Below are positions 38,881 to 52,400 of a stretch of DNA of 64,000 nt, piece by piece. Source of the DNA: Antedon mediterranea (taxonomy: Eukaryota; Animalia; Echinodermata); the NCBI RefSeq assembly GCF_964355755.1, contig NC_092676.1:5557888-5621887 (forward strand). Direction: 5' to 3'. Position numbers and translations under genes: made by a program. Position 1 is the stretch's first letter; each line of letters opens with the position of its first letter. A model generated the notes under the pieces. The model had not been told where the DNA came from. It saw only the letters and a program-made list of their open reading frames with translations, and searched no databases.

Positions 38881-40268
38881 GGATGTTTACCATGTAATTA
38901 TGTTTTATTACTGTTTATAATTGTTAATTTATAATGGATAATTTTATATTTTAGTTAGTTTGCGTTTTATTAATGTTGGGTGATGCAACAACCGGCGAGA
39001 CGAGGGAAGGTTACTGTAGGTTCGTCTGGGCTGCACAGCAGCTGGGTAGGTGTGTCTTTCGTCCGCCGCGGGTTGAGATGAAAAGTGAAAGTGCCTTTAA
39101 TACTGTATCACCCATCCTTCTGCTCCTGCTGCTGTCAGGAACAGGGTATTCTAACCTTGGCTTAGCATAATATGTTAGGTCGTATTTAATAGACGTATGT
39201 TTAAATAGGCTATTACAGAAATGATGATGGTTTTCATTCTAGAAAAGTAATTTTTAAATTAAAAAATTAATTTATTAGCTGAATAATTTTACGTTTGATT
39301 TGATGAAGGAAGTGTGTGGAGATAAAAAAAAAAAATTAACGTCTGTCATAATTAATAATAGCTGCAACCACAACATTTATTATGGCATGTTGTTAAATAA
39401 TTTGATATTTCTGTGGTGGATGCAGGAGTTTGTGCGAGTAGGCTAGAGCCGGGTTCGAGAGAACAAGAGGAGTCGGTGCTAAATTACTAATGCACTTTTG
39501 CACCACAATCTCTCGAGCTTACCCAATTTGAAAACATTCACCCACTGTCGTATGCCCAGTTTTTGTAGGTGCGAAACTGCAGTAGCCTCCACTACGATTC
39601 CAGCTAGCTTTGAACACCAAATACTAAATAGGCTGTAAATGAATTTGCTCAACATTGTTTATCGGAATCTAGTGATTCATAGACAAATATAGGCTACGTG
39701 TACCCTAAGGTTAAATAAATAAAATGAAAAGAATTGTCTTATTATTATCACTTATCATGTAATTACTTTGTGACTTTATCTTTAATCTTTAGTTAATATT
39801 TATTTTGATTTTACAGTTATTAAACCAATACACAATTATTGTATGTTGCAATAATATTAATTTATAAATATGAAACCAGATGTTTGTTCAAACTATCTAT
39901 TATTAATAATTATTAGTTTGTTATCAAGCTGTATGATTCACCTAACCATCAAGTAGGGTTCAAACAAAGCATTTTTTCCCATGTATAGCAGCGATTCAGG
40001 TTCTAGTATAATATACTCTAGGCCTAGCTCACAACGTTTTTTTGGGGAATTTTACCAGTAATGTCGTCCAATTTTATCAAAACCATCTTTTTAAATTGAT
40101 ATTTAATTGATATTATTACATATAGCTACTGTATTATGATATTCTAGCAAAAATTTGCCTTTTATTTTACTTTTGTCATGTTGTAAACACAGGAAAATAA
40201 TATTTTTATTATAATAATTAATGTGAATTTGCTTTAAATTTTAGAATTTAAAATTACAAAAAGAAATA

Positions 40269-40457
40269 ATGACGCCAATCGAAGAATTCTACAATGGCCA
40301 AACGCTTCTGATTACGGGTGCAACAGGCTTCATAGGTAAAGTTCTTCTAGAAAAGATCTTAAGATCTTGTCCAGGAATAGACGGAGTGTACCTGCTAGTG
40401 CGGCCAAAATGGGGGCGCCCTACTCAGGAGAGAGTCGAACAACTGGTGAATTGTAAG
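40269..40457 (+). CDS. FAR1: FAR1 coding exon 1
   Basis: [35 protein letters not shown]. Confidence 0.95.
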
Positions 40458-43400
40458 GTACAGTACATGGTTACAGTATTATATTTATTTTAAGCTCTGT
40501 CTACACTATTGCACTCCTCAATACATTCAGCGATGCTGTAGGTGTGCTGTTTGTATTTTGGTGTGTAAATTGCACTCCTCAAGAGCAGTTTAGGAGTGTG
40601 TGATCGCACTCGCTCGCCTTAAAAGACAAGGCCTGATTACATTTTTTTGTCACATAAAGTTTATAGTGTAAACAGAGCTTTATGGTTCTCAAAATTACGG
40701 TAAAGAGATTTGAGGGAGTGGTGATTTTAGATGGATGTTAAATTGGCTAAAATGTCCACCTACTATAATACTGCCATAATTTAACCTTAAATGACTACAG
40801 GAGTTTTTTTAGATTGTATTATAATATTTTAATCGGTGTATAATTTATTTTTTTAATTGAATAATGAATATTCAATTTCAATTCAAAAATTAAATTATTT
40901 CTTGAGAAATTTCAAAGAAAAACATATGTCATTAATAAATATCATATTGACAAACAGCAGATCCACTGTAAGAAAGTTTTAATTCTAGGGTCCAAGTAAC
41001 AATATTCTTTATTTCCTCTGTGGTATCAGTAAGATAAGATAGAAACATATGCTGGAAATTTCCAGATGGGTGATAAATATAAAACAAAATTGACAATATA
41101 ACAATTTTTATTTTATTTTCAGTTATTTGATAAACTCCGTCAAAGTCAGCCAAATTTTGCAGACAAGATTCACGCTATTAACAGTGATCTTCAGCATTCA
41201 AAACTCGGTCTTAGCGACGAGGACATCGCTACGCTTCGAGAAAAAGTTACCGTTGTTTTCCATGTTGCTGCTACTATCAAATTTGATGAAAAATTAGGGT
41301 GAGAAATTATAAATTATTACAGATGTATTGTCATCCAAAACATGAAAAATAAAGATGAATAAAGGAACATTTTGGTTAGACCATTTTTAGTTATTATTAA
41401 ATTTTTCACTAAAAAAACAATGATTTAGCTTTTAAAACAGACGAAATAGAACGTTACATTTAACCAGAAATGCATTGACTAGATATCCGGTTGAATTTTA
41501 AAAAAAAAGAATTATGCTTATCAGGAAAATAGTTTTTTTTTTAATCAAATTTTTTTATCAATTTGAAAAATAATTTATGTGACATTAAAATGGCATATTG
41601 AAGAAAAACATGTATGAATAATCTTTTCAATGGGACAATATCTTTAAAATATTAATCTGTTGAAACAGATTGCATATTGTTTTACCACATTGATGCCATA
41701 GAAGGCATGTGACTTGAGACATAACATTTTATGACATACTTTAAAAAATATTAAAATAAGATACTTAGACTTGTGTACTTAAAAGTCGATGAGTTTAACA
41801 ATTTTCAAGCCAAGATCAAAGCCAGACTCCATTTTGCAGCTTTAATATGAAATTAATCACTTTTGGTATAAAAAAACAGGAAACAAAACTACTTTTCAGT
41901 TATAAAAAGATAAAAATAAATGGATAACTTCAACCACAAAACCTTTTTGCTATAAATTATAGTTCAATTCAATAAATTGGTTTAATCCAATTATTTGGTC
42001 AAAGTGAATATTACTGTGATGTGATATTAAAATGGCATTCAACAAAAACATGTTTACTGTACAGGAGAAATATATTTTTAATCATACATTTTAGTACTGC
42101 TTTTACAGGTAAAACTGTTTCATTCATCAACATTTTTAAACAAAGGGTGATTAACATTTAGCTTGATACAATTAGTAAATTAGTGAACACAACAATGTCT
42201 TTTTGACCATTTCACACCCTGGTTGTACCCTCCATGTCCAGGTCAAATCTCTTGAAAAAAAACTGCCTAGTAAATAAATAGGTCTACAGACGGTTTTGAT
42301 GTTTTGTCAACGTCACGCTCCAGTGCATTCTATTGAAATGTGCATATTGGTGTTTCTTAAGCTCTGTCTGCACTGACAAACTAGTTTGACAAAAAGAGTT
42401 TGATGTGCCCAAATATGGAAGTGGTATGCCCAAATATGGTAGTGATATGACATCATCATGTCCATATATGGGTACGTCACATAAAGTTTATAATGTAGAC
42501 AGAGCTTTATGTTTCTAAAATTACTGTAAAGAGATTTGAGGGAGTGGTGATTTTAGGTGGGTGTTAAACAGCCAAAATTATGTCCATATATGGGCACATC
42601 ACATTTTTTAGTGACATAAAGTTTGATAGTGTAGACAGAGCTTAAAGACCCCTTCCCTGCAATTTTGGACGTTTTTTGGAAAATATTACATATATATCAC
42701 TTTAAAAACATTAAACCATGTCATTCCTTGTCTTAAATGTACGTTTTATGGTAAATTATGATAAAAAGTGAGAAACAATGCACTACCTAAGTAGCTCGCG
42801 GCGATCGACCTCTCGTGGACGGTCTTAGGCCTAGCTTAGCTAGGCTTAGTTTTGTAGGCCTAGCTGGTAAACATCGATAACGTACGAACATCGTACGCTA
42901 GCTATATACCTAGCCTGACGTTGTATAGTTGCTGCATTAATTGTCTTTCTATTTTTGCCAGACTACGTTGATACAAATTGGGGAAAACCCGGTATTTTCG
43001 CTGAAAAGTTAGGAGTCTTCCATTTGTTTTGGCTTCACGATCGATCGAAAAGTGGGCGAATTACAGGTGAAAAACAAAAATATCAATCCGCGCGCAATGC
43101 ATTTTGGGATTTATAGCGGGCCGCTATAATTATTAGAATCGATTTATTTTTCACATTTTTAACCGTTTAAAGACGAAAAAAGTTATCGCAATAGGACCAT
43201 GTAGTATTATTTTTACATTAAATATAGTTTGTGATCTTAAATTAGATCTAAAAAACGTAGGGAATGGGGCTTTAATAATAAATATTGAATAAAATAATAA
43301 ATATTGAAATTCCAAATTGTCAAAAATGAATTAATCGTTAATCGAACATGATAAATTCTGCTCTGTTCTGGTATGACTATCAATATTGTTGTGGTTTAAA

Positions 43401-46400
43401 TCAAGATAGATAACAAGTGCATCTTAAGTAAAGCACATCAACGATAACTATTGTGATAATTGTCCAAAGTCCAAATGACTGTTTTTATTCTTTAGTTGCG
43501 TTATTTGCTGTGTCAACAGATTTCTTAAATATGTATTGTCCCCCTGAAAAAATAATGCTTAAACAATTTTTTGTTGAATATGCAATTTTAACCTAATACT
43601 TATCCACTTTAACCAAAAATGTGTAATTACTAAAAAAACTCTCACTTAATTTAAACCAAAAGAATTGTCAAATTGACTGCCAGCCAATGAGTTTTTGGTT
43701 GAATTTAACCATTTATTAAACTCTATTATAAGTGAAAACATTTATTTTTTACGGTAATTTTTTATTAAAACTACAAAATAATCTATTCAAAGTCTGATTT
43801 TTTTAATCTAAATTTTTTAAGTTTTTGGGGGATACATCTTTAAGGAACTATAGAGTCTCTGAAGAAACAAAACATATTTACTTCCTTGTTTTCAAATACA
43901 TAGATAGAGAAAAATCTAAAACCTATACCGACATACTATCTTCTATTGGAAGATGAAGGCTACCAGTAGAATATTATAAATATGCTGTATTTGTTTTAAG
44001 CTTAAAAAGATGCATGAGTTAAGTTTTACATTTCTAGTGTCTATAATATCAAGGGTTGAAAGTTTACCAGACATCCTCATAATTAATTTTTTTTGTTCAA
44101 GTTAAATAATTCAATAAAGACACTGAGTTAACAAGGCAGTCATGCGTATGAGACATTAACTCATTATTTCTTTCTATGTCAAAGGTTATCACTGAAATTA
44201 AACGTGGTAGCTACACAAGAGATGTTGAAACTGTGCAAAGAAATGAACAGTCTGAAGGTTAGTATAAATAATATTAGTAAGTAGAGCCTCTATTAAGGGG
44301 ACACTTTTTAAATCAAAAAGTTCCCCCTTAACAGAGGACCCCTTGTTGATAGGGTCAGGTCTTACGCCCGTATTCTTAAACCGGACTTTAGTCGTAGTTC
44401 GAGCTAAAACTAAAAAAATGACATCATTTTAATTCATAAACCGAACTTCAACTAAGTGTTAAAACATATACTGCCCATGTTTGTTCACAGAAAAGTGCCC
44501 CTTAATAGAGGTGTCCGTTCTTGATAGGGTCTGGCCTTAGTGTTAAAACATATACTGCCCATGTTTGTTCACAGAAAAGTGCCCCTTAATTGAGGGTGTC
44601 CCTTCTTGATAGGGTCTGGCCTTAGTGTTAAAACATATACTGCCCATGTTTGTTCACAGAAAAGTGCCCCTTAATAGAGGTGTCCCTTCTTGATAGGGTC
44701 TGGCCTTAGTGTTAAAACATATACTGCCCATGTTTGTTCACAGAAAAGTGCCCCTTAATAGAGGTGTCCCTTCTTGATAGGGTCTGGCCTTAGTGTTAAA
44801 ACATATACTGCCCATGTTTGTTTCACGTTTCAAGTGTCCCCTTAATAGAGGTGTCCCTTTATAGGGGTTCCCTTGAATAGTGTCCCAAAGGAAGAGTTCT
44901 ACATGTCTAATTGTTGTGAATTGTAAGGAAGCATTTTTGCAGACTGAAATTAAGTTTTTAAAAATGGCCTGTATAATTTAATATTTTATCAGTTTTGTAA
45001 TACTTTTCTGTATTATCACTTGACCTAGATAGTAAATTTAATTATGTGTGTGAATGCATTAAAATAAAAAAATATATTTATTTTTTCAGGTATTTGTACA
45101 TGTATCAACAGCCTATGCTTACTGTGACCGGGAACATATTGAAGAGGTGGTTTACCCGCCTCCAGTTGATCCATACAAGTTATTAGGGGCAATAGAGTAA
45201 GTAATATAATTATCAATATTCTTGTTTACATTTATACAGTACTAAAGCTCTGTCTACACTATCAAAATTTATGTAACAAAAAATGTGATGTGCCCATATA
45301 TGGACATGATGATGTCATATTACTACCATATTTGTGACTATCGCTACCATATTTGGGCACATCGCAATTTTTTTTGTCAAACTAGTTTGAAAATGTAGAC
45401 AGTTTAAAGATGTATTGTCCCCCAAAAACATGAAGAATTAAGATTAACGAAATCAGAATTTGAATAGGTTATTTATAGTTTTAATCAAATTATTCCCTTC
45501 CGTGAAAAAAAACCCCCAAAAATAATGTTTTCTTATATAAAATGACAAAATAAATGGTCAAATTCAACAAAAAAAAACATTGGCCGGCATGCCAATTTGA
45601 CTATATTTTGCTTTAAAATAATGTTTTTTCAGGTAAATAATTTTTTTTTTCTATTCAATTTTTGTTCAAAGTAGATAACTATTATGTGACAATAAAATGG
45701 CATATTTAACAAAAAAAAATATTTTTTCAGGGGACAATACATCTTTAAAGTAAAATACACAATTGTAATTAGCTCCCTAATTAACTAACTAACTGTCAAG
45801 GCCTGTTATGGATGAGAATAGATAGTTAGGGTGAAGTAGGTTTAAATAAGCAGTATTAAGTTATAAAGGAAATTCACAAGGACAAATCGCTTGTTATTAT
45901 TTTAAAATCAAAACTTCATGCTTGGCTGAACGTGTACAGTTTGTCGAATGACAATTTTTAAAGCACCTGAGCTAAACGTCCTTGTTGTGGTTTCTTATTG
46001 GTACTTCATAAGCTATTTAATCTACCTGGATAATGTCCTGTCTATAACCACAGATAATATCTCTATGCTATAACTTTTTCTTAGTAATTATTAATATTAA
46101 ACAACCTTGTACTTTCTATCACTTGCTATGCACATATAGTACCACACTGCTTACACTTGGCTTTTATACTCAGGGCTGCAAATTAACTTTTTTACTTGGT
46201 AGCACTATCAAATTTGTATGATGGCTCATAATAATTTTTGGTAGCACCACCAATTTTTTTAGTAGCACCTTTTCATCGACAACTAACCCCCTTCCCTCAA
46301 ACCCCATCCGCGCAGATCCGTTTTTAGTTTAGGGGGGGGGGGGGGGGTGTATAAAAATGAAATACAGTACAACCTTAGGCTGGGGGTGGGGGGGGGGGGG

Positions 46401-49400
46401 CGATTTTTGAGTAATTATAGGTTGTTTCAATCGATTTCTGAGCACATAAAAATTCAGCACTGAAGAATTCAATTAATTTGGGTTATGCACATTTTTTAGG
46501 CACTGGTCCTGATGCGCCATTTATATTCACGCAAGATCTATTATTGTTACGGTACAGAAAGAAATTACTGCTTTGTATATACGCGTAACCTTTCGTAGCC
46601 TACGCGTAAATAGATCGTAGGTTATTGTTCGCTAAACCATGGAGGCAGTAAAAAATTTCCTCCATGGCTAAACATATCCTGTAATTTCCAAAGTATTGTT
46701 CGTTGCCATGCCTACGATTTTATGATAATATCTACGCGTCGATCGTACGGTTTGTAAACACCAATGTCATCGCCTTTAGTTAGGAGCATAAACAATGGAA
46801 ACAAACATGTATTGTTGGCTAATTAAAATCCTAGACGTTAATTTTTGTAGCCGCCCTACAAATCGGTTGTCCTAATTTGGCAGGACATCCGCCGACGAGA
46901 CGAAATCGGGCCCTCAGCTCACGCAGCGAGAGTTTCGGCGGCCTACATGATTCAATCCTAATCGGAGTCCTACCTTGGTTTAGCGAATTATAAAAACAAC
47001 AACACCTTGGCTAGGACACCAACAAAATATATGCAAAATAAATATATATTCCATGTTAAGATTTAACATAGGCCTTTGTAAATTATTATTACGACAAAAG
47101 ACCCGACCAGAATTTGGAGGGGAAAAACGTGCGAACCGTGGGAACAGTTTAGAGCTGTATTACGTTTCATGTGACGCAAAATTCAGGTACACTGTTTTGT
47201 AGCCTCGTACCGAGTAAAAAAAACATGCGAGAGGTTTGCGGTGGTAAAACAGAGTATCGCGTTTCATGACATGTGACCAAAAAACTAGGTCTGTATTAAT
47301 TACGGTCTTCTGTCGGCAGTCTTTTTGAGTGACCGATTGAACGTTCTGATACTATTATTTAGAATGAATTGTTTACGATCTTTTTGTTTGCATGTTTCTG
47401 GATCGACTGGACGTTCGCTATACAGTATTATTTTTATTAGTTCATTGTGTTGGATCGTGTCTCTACGTTTACATTGTGGGAAATTTATATTCGCCGTTGA
47501 GAGTAAAAAAACACACGAATGAAATATTTACGAATAAAAACTATTATATTATATATTTCTTAGTAATGTACAAATTGGTCCTCCTCCGCCAGTCAAAAAT
47601 AACACATTAAATAATAATTTTCACACCTTGTTACTTACTAAGAACATCGTGAGGTTGTTTATTGAGGTTACTAACGAAGCCAAACAATGTAACCTACAAA
47701 GCCAACAACGTAGCCTGTTTTATCTACGAAGCTACTTCGTAGGAAAAGTTGCGGTATTTTCTCTGATATATAATTTTCGATAATCAGAATCTGGAATAAA
47801 GTATTAAATCTACTGATAAACAATACTGCTGTTTAATCTATATAATGAATAGATATTATTATATATATCATTAATTACATTATTTATTAATCATGATATA
47901 ACCATTTATACTGCCTAAAAAATGCTGATGACTGCGCGGCGACAATTCTTTGTATCTACCGCGCCCGCCCTGGCTAACTTCTGTGTACGGCGGTACAATT
48001 GATTTTATATTCCTTCTTTAAAACGGAGGTGATTTTCCACGAGGTTTGTGTCGTCCGCGCGTCACACTGTGCTGTGTGTTTGGTGTCCTTTTGTGTGATT
48101 GGGTAAGGCAGCATGCAATAATTGGACGAACTTCCAATCACAACGAGTGTAAAATGTTTAGGGGCTTTGTACGCTTGAATGAACCTGACACCTTTGCGGC
48201 GGCGGTGACTAGTGGAAACTCCTGAGCCTTCCGTAGTAGAGAGATTAAATTACACAGAGTTTGAAATAGGGAAAACACATCCGACTTCAATTTGAAACAA
48301 CTCGCACAAGCAGACGATCTTGTCGCGCTATGCGCGACCTATTCTGTTTCTTTAGTCGCAAACAGAAAAATTAGGTCGCAAATGCGACCAAATACCCCTT
48401 AATTTGCAGCCCTGATACTTGTCTTCCACTTTGTGAATGTATTTGTGTGAATTGAAATCATTGGTAAAATGCATTACCGCAGTGGCGGATCCAGGATTTT
48501 GAAATAGGGGGCCCAGGGCCTAAAAGTAGTGAAAAGAAGTGCTGAACTTAATTTGATGTACTATCTTTTGCATTACAATTTGTGAAATTTAGAGGGGGGG
48601 CTGGGCCTCCCTTGAATCCACCCCTGTTACACACAGATTCATTTTTCAATCTCCTTTTTGTGACTTGAAACAAAACACAACCAATCAGAACTGTGTGATT
48701 TTCGAACCATGTGAATAAATTTGCCTAGTTTTATAAATTAATGGTTTGCTAGGATGATATGAACTTTGTTCCTATCTGTTAATCATTGTATATGCAATGT
48801 TTGTTTAACATAGTGCTATTGCCAATTTATACCAACTTTGGAAAGAGCGACCAGTGAACACATTTTGTATGCAAAAATTGAATGATTATCTGATATATAC
48901 TTTTTAAGTTAAACATTTCATGAATACGTATGTTTGATGTTTCGACTTGTTTTCAACAAATCTTCATCTGGCAATCACTAGATTTTAGTGGTTTCTAGGA
49001 GTACTGAATACTGAAATGCTTTTTTTGTCCATCATCATCATAAACAACAGAAATTCTTCTTGAAGATTGACAATTATTAGTACAATAATAAATAAATATA
49101 CAATATAATATATTATGTACACACACATAATTGCACAAGAAAAATATAAGTTGTAAACACGGTGTAAAAAAGACTAGGTATTAAAATTGAATAGGATTCA
49201 GGAGATTAAAATAGTTTAAAACAGCTTTTAAAAGGATTAAAAACAGCTTTAAAAGGATTCAAACCATTAGAATGTTCCTAAAACCTTTACAATTTATAAA
49301 TTGCTAAAATTTCAAATAGGCTAAAAATATTAAAAACATTTAAAAATATTAAAAATATAAAAACATTTATAAATTGAAAAAAATTTACGTTTTAAAAGTT

Positions 49401-52400
49401 TCACTGTTTACATAGTTGCTAGTTGTAGAGCAGCACCCCCTATTAGTAACTTTAGTCTGTAACCTTTAAAGTCTACAGTAGTCGAAACATGTACATATTC
49501 ATGAAAGGTTTAATGTAAAAGAAGTACGCAAATACTGTAGTTAATATAAAAACCAGGTGTAAGATGTTTTTTGAATATTGATTGATACTCTTAAAATAAC
49601 ATCTAGATTTACATAATTACAGGTGGATGTCGGAAGACATGATATCAACCATCACACCCCAGATGATTGGAAACCGGCCAAATACTTACACATTCACAAA
49701 AGCGTTAGCTGAGCATGTACTAGTTCAAGAGGGAAAAGACCTACCATTGTGTATTGTAAGACCGTCCATCGTGGGTGCCGCGTGGAAAGACCCGATACAG
49801 GGATGGATTGATAATTTCAACGGACCAAGTGGTCTATTCATTGCGGTAAGTGTTTATTCGCAATGTTCTCCTGATAATGTCATAAGTAGTGATCGGTGAA
49901 CTTTAAAATAATTTATTTTCACAGTGTAACTTTTTTTTACACAAGTTAATCATTACTTAATTGTAAGTATAAAAATAAATTCACACTGAAACCTTATTAA
50001 AGAGTCTTTTACACTTGTTCGGACACGGTGCTGGCAAGTCAAATCGATGACCTGCTGGCGTCCCCACGCGGCTACGTGCATATCGATTGACGCATAGCCG
50101 TGTGAACCATTGACGTTCATTTTGATTTTTCGGCGCCAGACCTGAACCGTGCAGAAACAGGTGTGAAAGACCCTTTACTCCGGAGAAATCTCTGGGTTAT
50201 GACCATTTTTTCAACGGCACACATACGGAATGGTGCAAATATGAACTGATCTTTTCAACACACTGTGCCTATTTATTTACAGACTGGTAAGGGGTTACTG
50301 CGTAGCATGAAGGGGGACACCGAAGCCATTGTGGACATCTCACCCGTTGACTATGTGGTGAACATGATGATTGCAGCAGCTTGGCATACCGCTGTCAAAA
50401 AGTATGTATCAGTTGCTTCTTCTTATGCTCTTTCTACGCTATCAAACTAGCTTGACAAAAAAACGTGTGATAATATGCCCAATTATGGTGGTGATATGCT
50501 TAATTAATATGGTAGTGATTTGCTTAAATATGGTAGTGATATGCTTAAATATGGTAGTGATATGCTTAAATATGGTAGTGATATGCTTAAATATGGTAGT
50601 GATATGCTTAAATGGTGGTGATATGACATCATCATGTCCATATATGGGCACATCATAGTTTTGTTGTAACAAAAGTTTGATAGTGTAGACAGAGCCTAAT
50701 GTATGATATCTATGGTTAGAGAAAGTGAAGAATTGTGTAGTGCAAAAGCTGGTATTGTAATATTTACACATTGAAAGTTAGTTAACAATTATTGTGATGA
50801 AAATCTGCCCTTTTTAATCCTGTGCTTTTGCGGATTAAGATTTGAAAGGCCTCTTTTAACTGTAGTTTAACGATCAATGAAATCTATTGTAAGAGAAAAG
50901 ATTAAAGGTATTAATCCTCACCCTTTGACCCTGATTCTGATCCTCGGATCTGAACCTAGATTTACAGTAGATTTATGAAGGAAATCTAGGTAAAAGATAT
51001 GTAGATATCTTAGTTATTAATCGCTTTCCTTTTGTTTTCTTTTCACAGACCTGATTCCGTGCCTGTATTTAATTGCGTCACCAGTGCTACCAACCCTTCA
51101 AGATGGGGCGACATAGGTACACTTAATTATTTAATTTTTACATATTTATATCTGTATTTTGATGTATTGTTTTATGTTCCAAATCTGTTATAGTGGTGGT
51201 AATTGTCGCTGTTGGTTTTGATTGAATAAAATAAAAGTAAAATAAAAATAATTATTATTTATTACTACTATTAAGAAACGCAATGCATAGATATTTCGAC
51301 CAATCATGACGCAATGGAACATCCTAACTGTTGCTTGTGACTGGTCAACTCGCTTGCATTAAGCCTACACATCCTTGTGTTGTATCAAAGTGTGAACCAA
51401 GCTTTACAGGCTTATATTAATAAATGTTTAAAATTGATACAATTATGGTGAGAGAAACTCAACAGTTCTTTCTATATATGTGGTGTACCGCAAACTTGAT
51501 ATCAACTATGGGTCGTTTATTTATTTTTTCAGAGGATGTGCCTGTCTATTACATGAAGACACCACTGGAGAAAGCCTTCAGAAGGCCAAGAGCATGTTTC
51601 ACCCAAAGCCAGTAAGTGATCAACATGCCTAGACAAATTACTCTCATCAAGATAGTGTTTGTCTTGTCTGAAATGTAAAATGTTATTAATTTTTGTTATC
51701 TTAAACTTATGTTTTTCTTGTTAACTTTGTAGTATGGCATATGAATATTGGAACACAGTCGGCACAAAGATTCCTAGCATGATGATTGATTTCTACCTTT
51801 GGGTGACCGGACAGAAGCCTAGGTAAGTTAATCAAAATCAATGGTATTGTACATGAATAAAAAGTAGTGTAATCCAAAACTAGTTTTAGCAAGATTACTG
51901 ATTAAGCAAGAAATTAAACTAGTTTTAGCCAGATTAAACCAGAAATTAAACTAGTTTTATAGCCAGATTAAACAAGAAATTAAACTAGTTTTATAGCCAG
52001 ATTAAACCAGAAATTAAACTATCAGTTCTATTTTTCATTTATTCATATCTCAAACTCCTTGATATTTAAATGAATTGATTGAATTGAACCAGTTTTAGCT
52101 AGATTAAACCACAAAGTAAACTAGTTTTAGCCATTTTAAACCAGAAAGTAAACTAGATTTATTCAATTGTTGACATTCTATGATCCAATTAAACAGAATG
52201 ATGAAGATATACGATAAAATGCAGAAGGCAGTTGCCACACTAGAGTTCTTCACAACAAACAACTGGGAATGGACCAATAACAACTCACAACTTTTGCAGA
52301 CATTGATGACAGAAGAAGACAAGAAGGTAAAAACAATTTTTGTTTATTTATATTGTTTGCATATACAGTACAATATACATTGAAAATTGTGTTGCTCTGA

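Noticed and set aside
38973-39170. 65-aa ORF, or telomerase RNA
   Set aside because: No recognisable protein and a TTG start; no CTAACCCTAA template
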